From a virus (taxonomy: Duplodnaviria; Heunggongvirae; Uroviricota; Caudoviricetes): 17,382 nt of DNA. The notes beneath the pieces are model-generated. The model searched no databases, had not been told where the DNA came from, and worked only from the letters and a program-made list of their open reading frames with translations. A program made the translations under genes and the position numbers. Location of the stretch: IMG/VR virus record IMGVR_UViG_3300029473_000215. The stretch is one strand, 5' to 3'. Each line of letters starts with the position of its first letter. The first letter of the stretch is position 1. Positions 1-7,440 of this stretch are shown in pieces.

Positions 1-1338
1 ATGCGTCAGAGAGAGCTTGCAGCCACCGCTAAGGCCTTCATGTTGGATAGGCCTGAAGTCTCACTACAGGAGCTTACAGAGCATCTCCGGTCTATGGCTG
101 AGCAGTTCCTGACAGACGCTAGTGACGATTACTGGAATGGACTTGAGGTCGCTACTTTGGTCGACGAGAAGTCCAACCTGAGGGAGCTAGCCGCTACGCA
201 AGCATTGAGTCTGGACCAGCAGAAGGGCATAAGGTTAGCGCTTGAAGTCCTGACCGCAGCACAGCAGAGGGTAGACACTGGTGATACCTCTGGTCTGATT
301 GATATTGTGATGAATAACCCTACGGATTACTCAACTATAGGCGACTCTACGTCAATTCTGAAGAATGAGCAGGGGGGTAGACCAGCAGTTTTCACACAGG
401 AGCGCCAACCTGAGGTCGCTATCTGTAGTTTTTCTGAGCTTGTGTCCTCGCTGCTGGCTGAGAAGGTCCAGACCCTGAAGTCCTCCAGCTACAAGGACCT
501 GTCGTCCTCACTGAATACCGTCTCTCGGTTCTTACCTGAAAACATGGACCTGATGTCCCGCTCTGAGTGGCTGGCTGTCAGGGACTCCATGCTGGCTGCT
601 GAGGTGAGACCATCGACAATCAACAAGCTGCTGACTAAAGCGAAGATGTGTCTTGATTACGGTCTGATGAATGGACAGCTTGAGGGCCGCAACCCTATTG
701 AACGGATGAAGCTGACCAAGGATATCGACTCCAAGCGCAGGGCGTTCACAGACGAGGAGCTGGAGAGACTTCTGGTCCGTGTTGAGTCTGAGTATCAGTT
801 CACACGACACACGGCTCACACGACCTCTGAGGCCCGTAGATGGGCGTCTCTGGTGTCTGTGGTCACTGGCGCTCGGTCTGCTGAGGTCTGCCACCTGACT
901 AAACGTGACATTGTAACCTTGGACAATGGGCTGGTCTGTATCGACATCAATGAAGATGGGGACGGGAAGTCTGTGAAGAACAAACATTCAGTCCGACTTG
1001 TGCCGTTGACCGATGGGGCCTGTGGTCTTGACCTGAAGTCCTTCCTCGAATGGGTAGACATGCAGCCTGACGAGGGTCCTCTCTTCGGGATGACTCCAAG
1101 CGCATACTCTAGCTGGTTTAACTCAAGGGTCATGACTGAAGCTCTGGGAGACGCTACGGATGTCTCTCTCCACAGTCTGAGGCACTGGCTAGCGACCAGA
1201 ATGAAAGAGCGTGGAGTCAATCTGGTGGACGCTCAGGGCATCTTAGGTCACAGCAGTCAGTCCATTACGTATGACCTGTACGGGAAAGGACATGCAGTCC
1301 AGAGACTCGCAGATGCATTGGCTGTGACGTTTGGTTAA
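1..1338 (+). CDS. Tyrosine-type site-specific recombinase (phage integrase family), 445 aa
   Basis: C-terminal catalytic motifs visible in translation: TGARSAEV (box I Arg), HSLRHW (His-x-x-Arg), LGHSSQSITYDLYGKG (conserved His and catalytic Tyr). ATG sits at window position 1, so the true N-terminus could lie upstream. Confidence 0.7.
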   Translation: MRQRELAATAKAFMLDRPEVSLQELTEHLRSMAEQFLTDASDDYWNGLEVATLVDEKSNLRELAATQALSLDQQKGIRLALEVLTAAQQRVDTGDTSGLIDIVMNNPTDYSTIGDSTSILKNEQGGRPAVFTQERQPEVAICSFSELVSSLLAEKVQTLKSSSYKDLSSSLNTVSRFLPENMDLMSRSEWLAVRDSMLAAEVRPSTINKLLTKAKMCLDYGLMNGQLEGRNPIERMKLTKDIDSKRRAFTDEELERLLVRVESEYQFTRHTAHTTSEARRWASLVSVVTGARSAEVCHLTKRDIVTLDNGLVCIDINEDGDGKSVKNKHSVRLVPLTDGACGLDLKSFLEWVDMQPDEGPLFGMTPSAYSSWFNSRVMTEALGDATDVSLHSLRHWLATRMKERGVNLVDAQGILGHSSQSITYDLYGKGHAVQRLADALAVTFG

Positions 1339-1487
1339 GTGACTGAAAGTATTAGCAACCACACTAAACTATCACTGTAGGGACTTCATCCCGCCTCTGG
1401 TCCTATGCGTAGCGTCCATGCGGGAGCCACCCAACTTAACTTTCAGCATCACTCATCCACTTTCACCATTACACGGAGGTATCCATC

Positions 1488-2222
1488 ATGGGCCGACCAG
1501 CCAAGCCACTAGACCGAATCAAACTGTACGACCATTACACCTTTGACCCAACCATTCCTCAGCTACTCCGAGTCAAGACACCTTACGGCCAATCTAAACG
1601 CGCCACAGGAGAGCCTGTTAGCTTCTATGTGCATCAAAATGGCTATGCCTCTGTCTCTGTACTGGGTAAGCGCTATCGTCGCTCCAGAGTCATCTACAGC
1701 CTGTGTAAGGGTCACATCCCTGAGGGAATGTTCGTTGACCATATCGACGGTAACCGACTCAATGACCATCCTGACAACCTGCGCCTAGTTACACCACAGC
1801 AGAACCAGTGGAACAGAGACAACCTTGGAGGCAAACTTCAGAACTATTTGCCGAAAGGGATTGACTTTGTAAAAGCTGAGGGTCGCTACAGAGCGCGTAT
1901 TAAGATAGACGGCAAGGTCCGGGCGAGACTCTCTTATGAGGTCAGGGAGCTTATGGTCTGGCTACAGGAACAGCGTCAGAAGCTACACGGTGAATTCGCC
2001 TACGATGGGTGGACCGACTGGACAGAGGCAGACCAGAAGCGAGCTGACGAGCGCTACGAGGTGTCCAAGCCTGAAGGGTATAAACCAAGGAAGCGACGTT
2101 TACCCGGCTACGCTAAGACGCATGATGGACTGAAAGTCTACATTGAGCCTAAAACTGGGCGTCTCTACTTTAAGAAGCTGAACAAGAAGCACTACATCGA
2201 CGAAGAGTCTGTGGTGGTTTGA
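1488..2222 (+). CDS. HNH homing endonuclease with AP2-like DNA-binding domain, 244 aa
   Basis: HNH motif VDHIDGNRLNDHPDNLRLVTPQQNQWN; downstream AP2-like segment GIDFVKAEGRYRARIKIDGKVRARLSYE; GGAGG SD (1475-1479) 8 nt before the ATG. Confidence 0.75.
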   Translation: MGRPAKPLDRIKLYDHYTFDPTIPQLLRVKTPYGQSKRATGEPVSFYVHQNGYASVSVLGKRYRRSRVIYSLCKGHIPEGMFVDHIDGNRLNDHPDNLRLVTPQQNQWNRDNLGGKLQNYLPKGIDFVKAEGRYRARIKIDGKVRARLSYEVRELMVWLQEQRQKLHGEFAYDGWTDWTEADQKRADERYEVSKPEGYKPRKRRLPGYAKTHDGLKVYIEPKTGRLYFKKLNKKHYIDEESVVV

Positions 2223-2369
2223 TGACGGTTGCTAACTTAGAGCGCCTCTGTAGGCCTTGGTGCGTCTGGTCTGTAGAGGAGGGGGCTAAATTATCAGTAT
2301 AGGGAAAATGGCAGACACTACCGCCTCTCCTTCCAGCAATGGGGGGAGGGGGGGCAGACCATAGATGCT

Positions 2370-2418
2370 GACTTAAAGTTAAGACTCTAAGTAAGACTGA
2401 AGTTATGACTCTAAGTTA
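2370..2418. repeat. Four tandem 12-bp direct repeats (consensus aGACTctAAGTtA), followed by an AT-rich tract (2417-2450) and a degenerate fifth copy near 2461-2473
   Basis: Read directly: gacttaaagtta / agactctaagta / agactgaagtta / tgactctaagtt. A G6-A-G7 tract lies just upstream (2341-2354). Confidence 0.7.
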
Positions 2419-2504
2419 ATTATTATCTTCTTATGAAGATTAATATAAGACCTATAGTCCAGACTTAAGTCAGACCTCATTCCTTCTATGTGTCTTCCTC
2501 AACC

Positions 2505-2780
2505 ATGGGGTCGACGATAGCTCCGTCAGTCTCCAGCTCAAAGCATCGGGACCCTGTATACATTGGGTCGTTGCTTGGGCTTCCACCTGCTAAGGAGCCG
2601 GGTCAGTGGCGTAGCTCTCTAAAAGACAAGCTCGTTAAAGATGCAATTTTGCATGTTTTAGCAGGACGCTCCGGTGGTTCGACTCCGGGTCGGCATTCAG
2701 ATTGGCAAAGTAGAAGACACCGAGTCGACACAGTACAAGCGTTTTGCTCAGACCAAAGTTGGAAAGCTACTGAGGAATAG
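2505..2780 (+). pseudogene. Partial duplicate of the KilA-N gene 5' region (KilA-N N-terminal motif fragment); may be a remnant or a small paralog
   Basis: Translation ...PPAKEPGQWRSSLKDKLVKDAILHVLAGRSGGSTPG... matches ...PSAKEPGQWRSSVRTLLDQDANLHVAHGGSTPG... of the 3011-3769 protein. Shares an exact 26-nt block (ctgctaaggagccgggtcagtggcgt) and a 17-nt block (ggtggttcgactccggg); no similarity downstream. Confidence 0.3.
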
Positions 2781-3010
2781 GCAGAAAATCCGCCTTATCC
2801 TTAGGGTCGAAGGACTTAACGGGTCCAACTTTGGGCTGGATTTAAAAGAGGAAACTTTCCTTTATCAACTATGGTCTTCACACGACCTCATCATCAATCC
2901 TCAAGTCTTTCTGTATGTCTCCTGTTGCCTGTGAGTCTCCCTATCGTTGGGGGCTTGAGTAGGCTTTCAGGGTGTGACTTCAGGAGGCATAACAAAAGGA
3001 GTACAACGAT

Positions 3011-3769
3011 ATGTCAACTCAACCCTTAATGAAGCATGAAGTAGTTCTTCCGGTCATCGTTGACGGCTATCACTGGGCCTGTAATCAGGACCGTATGTGG
3101 AACCTGAACGAGCTACATAAAGAGCTTGAGCTTCCATCTGCTAAGGAGCCGGGTCAGTGGCGTTCTAGCGTCAGGACGCTTCTTGACCAAGATGCAAATT
3201 TGCATGTTGCTCATGGTGGTTCGACTCCGGGGACATGGGCTACTGAAGAGGCGGCTATTGCCTATGCGATGTGGGTCTCACCTGATTTCTACCTTAAGGT
3301 CATCCGTGCTTTCATCGCTTTACGTAACGACAAAGTGTCGGAAGCTAAGGCGCTGGCGCAGGACTCCAAGGAACTTAAGGGTCTCAAGCCTATAGCCCGT
3401 AACTGGCTGGAAAAGCTGGATAACCCGAAGCAGGGCCACACCCTGACAGAGTGTCTTAAGAATCTCGACTTCAGGTTAGGTACAAAGCTGGTATCAGCCA
3501 AGGCTCTTAATGCCGTATTGAAGTCAGGGCGTATAGCTAATCCCTTCTATAGTCGCAAGCTGGACGGTCGAGGACAGCCTGTATTTGACATCTCATCAGG
3601 TGGCTGGATGACCAGCTTCAATCCTAAGGGTCTGGAGAACGGCTATTACCGTCTTCAGGATAACCACTATAACGGTCAGGAGGGGCTTAAGGTCCTCACC
3701 AAGGGTTACGAGTGGCTTAAGTCCAACAAGGTCGAGCTGGTTCGTCTGTGCGCTAAGGGAGGACTCTAA
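3011..3769 (+). CDS. KilA-N domain protein, 252 aa
   Basis: KilA-N/APSES-like signature ...HGGSTPGTWATEEAAIAYAMWVSPDFYLKVIRAF; SD aaaaggag 10 nt upstream of the ATG. Confidence 0.7.
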   Translation: MSTQPLMKHEVVLPVIVDGYHWACNQDRMWNLNELHKELELPSAKEPGQWRSSVRTLLDQDANLHVAHGGSTPGTWATEEAAIAYAMWVSPDFYLKVIRAFIALRNDKVSEAKALAQDSKELKGLKPIARNWLEKLDNPKQGHTLTECLKNLDFRLGTKLVSAKALNAVLKSGRIANPFYSRKLDGRGQPVFDISSGGWMTSFNPKGLENGYYRLQDNHYNGQEGLKVLTKGYEWLKSNKVELVRLCAKGGL

Positions 3770-3770
3770 G

Positions 3771-3944
3771 ATGATTGACCCGCGCACACCTGAGGGCCGC
3801 ATGACTCTCCGTTACCGTGGCTATCGGACTGAAGTCCTCCTCAGAGAGCTTGGTCTAGACCCGGAAGATGAGACCCGCCAGCACCAATCCCGAGACGAGC
3901 TAATAGCCCAACTGGTCGCTATGAAACTGTCGCTAGCAAGCTAG
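3771..3944 (+). CDS. Small hypothetical protein, 57 aa (below the ORF-track length cutoff)
   Basis: ATG one nucleotide after the KilA-N stop (TAAgATG); GGAGG at 3758-3762, 8 nt upstream; uninterrupted frame to TAG at 3942-3944; translation MIDPRTPEGRMTLRYRGYRTEVLLRELGLDPEDETRQHQSRDELIAQLVAMKLSLAS. Confidence 0.45.
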   Translation: MIDPRTPEGRMTLRYRGYRTEVLLRELGLDPEDETRQHQSRDELIAQLVAMKLSLAS

Positions 3945-4081
3945 CTGTCTCCTAACCGTTAGTAGCTCACCTACTCAATACCTGATTTTAAAACCTTTTG
4001 AGATGACCGATGCGGGGAGACCCGTAGGCATAACTGTGTCTGCGATACCGATAGTCTCAACTCTCAATAGGAGTACACCTT

Positions 4082-4573
4082 ATGTTATTCAACAACAACG
4101 ACTGGAAACTGTCAGTCACCGACATCAATCTCTACGAGAATACTGTGAGTCTGGACGGTCAGTCCTATCCGTTGTCGCTCGCTATCAAGACCCTCATTCC
4201 GGGCTACCTGTCCGGCCTGCCAGCCACCAGCCGTGAGTCTATGGAGCTACTGGAAGCTCTGGCTGAAGCTGGCGTGACCATTGGTAACTTCTTCAGTAAT
4301 GACCTGATGACCGCCTACCAACGCCGCCAGATGAATAAGCGTGTCGAGGCTGAGCGTATCGCTAAAGAGCTGGCGTCTCAGAAAGAGCGTACCCGCGAAA
4401 TGTTCATGACCGAAGACGAATGGCAGAAAGAGTTACAACGCCGCGAACAGGTCAAAGCTGAACGCCGGACCTATGGTGAGAACCTCCGCAGCGCTACCCA
4501 TTCCGCTGGTCGTTCCCGTGCCGCTATTGTCGCTGACCTTGAGTCAGGCGGTAACTGGCTGGACAGCCTGTAA
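4082..4573 (+). CDS. Hypothetical protein, 163 aa, with charged, probably helical C-terminal half (scaffold-like is a guess)
   Basis: AGGAG SD upstream of the ATG; C-terminal region rich in E/R/K/Q heptad-like runs (RRQMNKRVEAERIAKELASQKERTREMF...QKELQRREQVKAERR). No family recognised. Confidence 0.6.
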   Translation: MLFNNNDWKLSVTDINLYENTVSLDGQSYPLSLAIKTLIPGYLSGLPATSRESMELLEALAEAGVTIGNFFSNDLMTAYQRRQMNKRVEAERIAKELASQKERTREMFMTEDEWQKELQRREQVKAERRTYGENLRSATHSAGRSRAAIVADLESGGNWLDSL

Positions 4574-4641
4574 GACTCACAAGTGGTCCTGACCTGATGT
4601 CGGGACCCACGTATCTAAACTAATTTAGGAGATTGATTATT

Positions 4642-5628
4642 ATGACTATGACTAAAGACAGCTATCAGTTCGGCATTGAGCCAGTACGTATCACCGACAC
4701 CGACAACATTCAGGTCAATGAAGGTCTGCCGACTAACGCTGACCCACAGGTCTATGCCCTCCAGTTAGCTAAGACGGTTAAGGCTATGCTGAACGGTGTA
4801 CTTAAAGACGCTCAGGATAACATTCCGTTCCCTGTAGAAGTCCTGCCTACCCGCAATAGCCTGCCTACCCCAATCATCGCCCACACTCTGTCTGACCGCT
4901 CTGTGGTCGTCCCTGTACGCGGTGGTGAGCGACCTGAAGTCGTGACCGCTCCGTCTGGTCAGGAGATTGTGGTAGAGCCTATTGAGCAAGCTATCCTTGT
5001 GTCTCACCAGACCAAGCTATGGGACGTCAAGTCTTCCACTGGTTTCACTCAGGGTACGCTCCAGCAGGACGCTATGAACATCTGTGAGAATGTGGTCCGT
5101 ACCATCAACGCTCGCATGGTTGACGTTCTGGAGTCCTCCAAGCTGCTGAAGACTGTAGAGCTGCCAGTCCTGACTGGAAGCCTGACCACTAAGGCAGACG
5201 CTATCATGGACGCTCTGTACGAGAACACCGAGCCTTCCTTTGGTTCTGAGGTTACTGATTACGGTATCATCGCCCATGAGTCACACCTCAAGGCTCTCTC
5301 CCGTCTGGCTGCTAAGCAGGGCTTCGGTGGTGAAGACGCTATCGTGGATATGCTGGGTACCGACATCGCGTATTACAACGGTGAGGACAAAGGTGTGTTC
5401 ATGCTGGCTAAACGCTTCACGGCCCTGAGCTTCGGCTGCTTCCGTCACGACGGTGAGAATATTACGGTCGTCCTTTCACGTGATGGCGACTCTCAGTCCC
5501 ATGACCTTGAGATTCTCGGTAAAGTGTTCGTTGTCGCTGAAGCTGCTACGACCATCAAGATGGGCACTGGCTCAGCTACTGCCGTCCTGCCTGTAGTCAA
5601 ACGCCTGAGTTTCACTAAGACAAGCTAA
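4642..5628 (+). CDS. Hypothetical protein, 328 aa (possibly structural; unrecognised)
   Basis: Long ORF with AGGAG at 4627-4631, 10 nt before ATG 4642 (the ORF track starts at an upstream TTG, 4633); followed by a strong intrinsic terminator. No motif recognised. Confidence 0.65.
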   Translation: MTMTKDSYQFGIEPVRITDTDNIQVNEGLPTNADPQVYALQLAKTVKAMLNGVLKDAQDNIPFPVEVLPTRNSLPTPIIAHTLSDRSVVVPVRGGERPEVVTAPSGQEIVVEPIEQAILVSHQTKLWDVKSSTGFTQGTLQQDAMNICENVVRTINARMVDVLESSKLLKTVELPVLTGSLTTKADAIMDALYENTEPSFGSEVTDYGIIAHESHLKALSRLAAKQGFGGEDAIVDMLGTDIAYYNGEDKGVFMLAKRFTALSFGCFRHDGENITVVLSRDGDSQSHDLEILGKVFVVAEAATTIKMGTGSATAVLPVVKRLSFTKTS

Positions 5629-5647
5629 CTAACAATAACGACTTATT

Positions 5648-5686
5648 GGTCAGACTTCCGTAACTGGATGTCTGGCCTTTATTTTG
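5648..5686 (+). terminator. Rho-independent terminator after the 328-aa gene
   Basis: GGTCAGAC (5648-5655) pairs with GTCTGGCC (5670-5677) with one G-U pair, inner TCC/GGA pairs, followed by TTTATTTTG. Confidence 0.5.
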
Positions 5687-5728
5687 TACTAGTAATCTAG
5701 TTCATGGGTGCGGAAAGAGGAGGACCTA

Positions 5729-5839
5729 ATGGACCTACACAAAGTCTATCTCGTAGTCTTCCTGCTAAAGCTAGCTCTGGTAGTCGTGCTGATGGTCTGG
5801 CCTAAAGTACGATGGTTTCTGACAGAAAAATGTGAATGA
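5729..5839 (+). CDS. Small hydrophobic peptide, 36 aa, predicted single transmembrane helix (below ORF-track cutoff)
   Basis: GAGGAGGA SD (5717-5724) 5 nt before ATG 5729; translation MDLHKVYLVVFLLKLALVVVLMVWPKVRWFLTEKCE; stop TGA at 5837-5839. Confidence 0.4.
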   Translation: MDLHKVYLVVFLLKLALVVVLMVWPKVRWFLTEKCE

Positions 5840-5940
5840 CCATCTAATACATTGAGCCAGCAGACTTCCCCCCATAGTCCCGCCTCAAGTCCTGACCGAG
5901 GCCACCGGGGGGCCTGACCAGCCGTCTAGACATCCCGTCT

Positions 5941-5974
5941 AATGACACAAGTCTGGCACAAAGAATGACACAAG
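5941..5974. repeat. Two exact 11-bp direct repeats (aatgacacaag) at 5941-5951 and 5964-5974, 57-90 bp from the island/chromosome junction
   Basis: Read directly from sequence. Confidence 0.6.
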
Positions 5975-5982
5975 GTCTTGAC

Positions 5983-7440
5983 TCAATGCAGGACCTCAGG
6001 CCTACTAAGGGTCCGCTTCAAGTCCTTGAAGTTCCAGATGAACTTAATGGGCACATCCAGTTTATCTTTGCCCCGGACGCCGTCGCGGATTGCCGTCATT
6101 TTGGGGCCATGATCGATAGCATCTGTCCAGCTGAAGCAGGAAATTGACGTTTTGACCGGATTATCCAGCACCGGCAGGCGCTCTATGGTAATGGTATAGG
6201 TCGATTCACGCGCGCCACTATTTCCGCCGCTGATGCCGACATTGCCCGTCAGAATAGGCAACATAGCAATAGCGCGTGCGGTCAGCTCGCCGTTTGCCTG
6301 GCGTTGTGGCCCCCAGCCCTGGCAGGTATAAGCGGGTTTTGCTGTGCCAATTTCACGCGCCAGTTTGATGATACGGTCCACCGGGATACCGGTAATTTGC
6401 GAAGCCCACTGCGGCGTTTTCGCTGTTTTATCGTCACCTTCACCAAGAATATAGGCTTTATAGTGACCATTTTTGGGTGCATCTGCGGGTAAGGTTTTTT
6501 CGTCATAGCCGACGCAGTATTTATCGAGAAAAGGTTGATCAACGAGATTTTCGTTAATCAATACCCAGGCAATACCCGCAACCAGCGCGGCATCGGTGCC
6601 CGGGCGAATAGGAAGCCATTCATCTTCACGACCAGCAGCCGTATCGGTATATCGCGGATCGATAACAATCATTTTGGCGTTCGATTTCTCGCGCGCTTTT
6701 TCAAGAAGATAAGTGATGCCACCGCCGCTCATGCGGGTTTCTGCCGGGTTGTTACCAAACATCACGACCAGCTTGCTGTTTTCAATATCCGTGGTGCTGT
6801 TGCCATCATTACTGCCGTAGGTGTAGGGCATGGCACAGGAAATTTGCGCAGTGCTGTAGGAGCCATACTGGTTGAGTGAACCGCCGTAGCAGTTCATCAG
6901 GCGTTTGACCGCCGAGGCTGATGGCGAAGAGCGGGTCATATTGCCGCCAACAATCCCCGAAGAGTACTGAATATATACAGCCTCATTGCCATATTGTTCG
7001 ACGGTTTTTTTCAGACTACTGGCGATAGTATCCAGGGCTTCATCCCAGCTAATCCGTTCGAATTTGCCTTCACCGCGTTTACCCACGCGTTTCATTGGGT
7101 AATTCAAGCGATCGGGATGATTAATACGCCGGCGGATGGAGCGACCGCGCAAACAGGCGCGTACTTGATGATTGCCATACTCGTCGTTGCCGGTGTTGTC
7201 AGTTTCCACCCAGATCACTTCATTATCTTTAACATGTAGACGAAGTGCACAGCGGCTACCACAGTTGACGGAACAGGCACCCCAGACCACTTTCTCGCTG
7301 GCCTGTTGTACCGCTGCCGCTGCACTGCGTAGGGTGAACGGTAAAGAAAAACCGCCTGCAGCCAGCGCCAGAGAACCTATCGCGGTAGATTTAACGAGTG
7401 TTCTGCGGCTGATGCCCACCATTCGTTCATTTTTGGACAT
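5983..7440 (-). pseudogene. ynfE: 3'-truncated ynfE (DmsA-family molybdopterin oxidoreductase, Tat-secreted): about 470 native codons plus a 15-codon foreign tail
   Basis: N-terminus MSKNERMVGISRRTLVKSTAIGSLALAAG (twin-arginine signal) and body match E. coli YnfE/DmsA from memory. Homology ends after ...DVPIKFIWN (codon at 6033-6031), then FKDLKRTLSRPEVLH-stop from island DNA. Full-length protein is about 800 aa. Confidence 0.85.

Larger units (their letters stand above)
1..6030. mobile_element. Right-hand portion of a phage-like integrative island; right boundary placed where ynfE homology stops; left end lies outside the window
   Basis: All genes co-oriented on + with strong SD sequences and tight spacing; encodes tyrosine integrase, HNH endonuclease and KilA-N protein; codon usage visibly differs from the flanking E. 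coli genes; abuts a truncated ynfE. Confidence 0.5.

Noticed and set aside
532-1220. Minus-strand ORFs 532-987 and 816-1220
   Set aside because: Antisense to and fully inside the integrase gene, with no SD and no recognisable motifs.
1543-2133. ORFs 1543-1788 (+), 1563-1769 (-) and 1936-2133 (+)
   Set aside because: Alternative-frame or antisense ORFs nested within the HNH endonuclease gene.
2246-2290. Possible terminator hairpin after the HNH gene (cctct...agagg)
   Set aside because: Only a 5-bp stem with a loop of about 25 nt and no U-tract.
2674-2700. ggtggttcgactccggg resembles a tRNA T-arm (GGTTCGA...TCC); also present at about 3220
   Set aside because: The flanking bases do not form a 5-bp T-stem and no acceptor or anticodon arm can be folded; in both copies the sequence is in-frame coding for GGSTPG of the KilA-N motif.
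2674-2934. 86-aa ORF in a second frame after the KilA-N fragment
   Set aside because: No SD, no similarity to the KilA-N continuation, low-complexity translation; probably non-coding leader of the KilA-N gene.
3126-3802. ORFs 3126-3395 (+), 3289-3501 (-) and 3596-3802 (-)
   Set aside because: Nested in or antisense to the KilA-N gene and the coupled small ORF.
4003-4236. 77-aa ORF overlapping the start of the 163-aa gene
   Set aside because: Different frame, no SD, overlaps a better-supported gene that has an AGGAG SD.
4765-5428. ORFs 4765-5007 (-), 5017-5277 (-) and 5240-5428 (+)
   Set aside because: Nested in or antisense to the 328-aa gene.
5978-6006. Sigma-70-like -35 TTGACT with 17-bp spacer near the junction
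   Set aside because: The -10 candidate (cctact) is a poor match, and the element lies inside the ynfE tail reading frame; too weak to call.
5965-6147. 60-aa plus-strand ORF spanning the junction
   Set aside because: Antisense to the ynfE tail and crosses the breakpoint; no SD.
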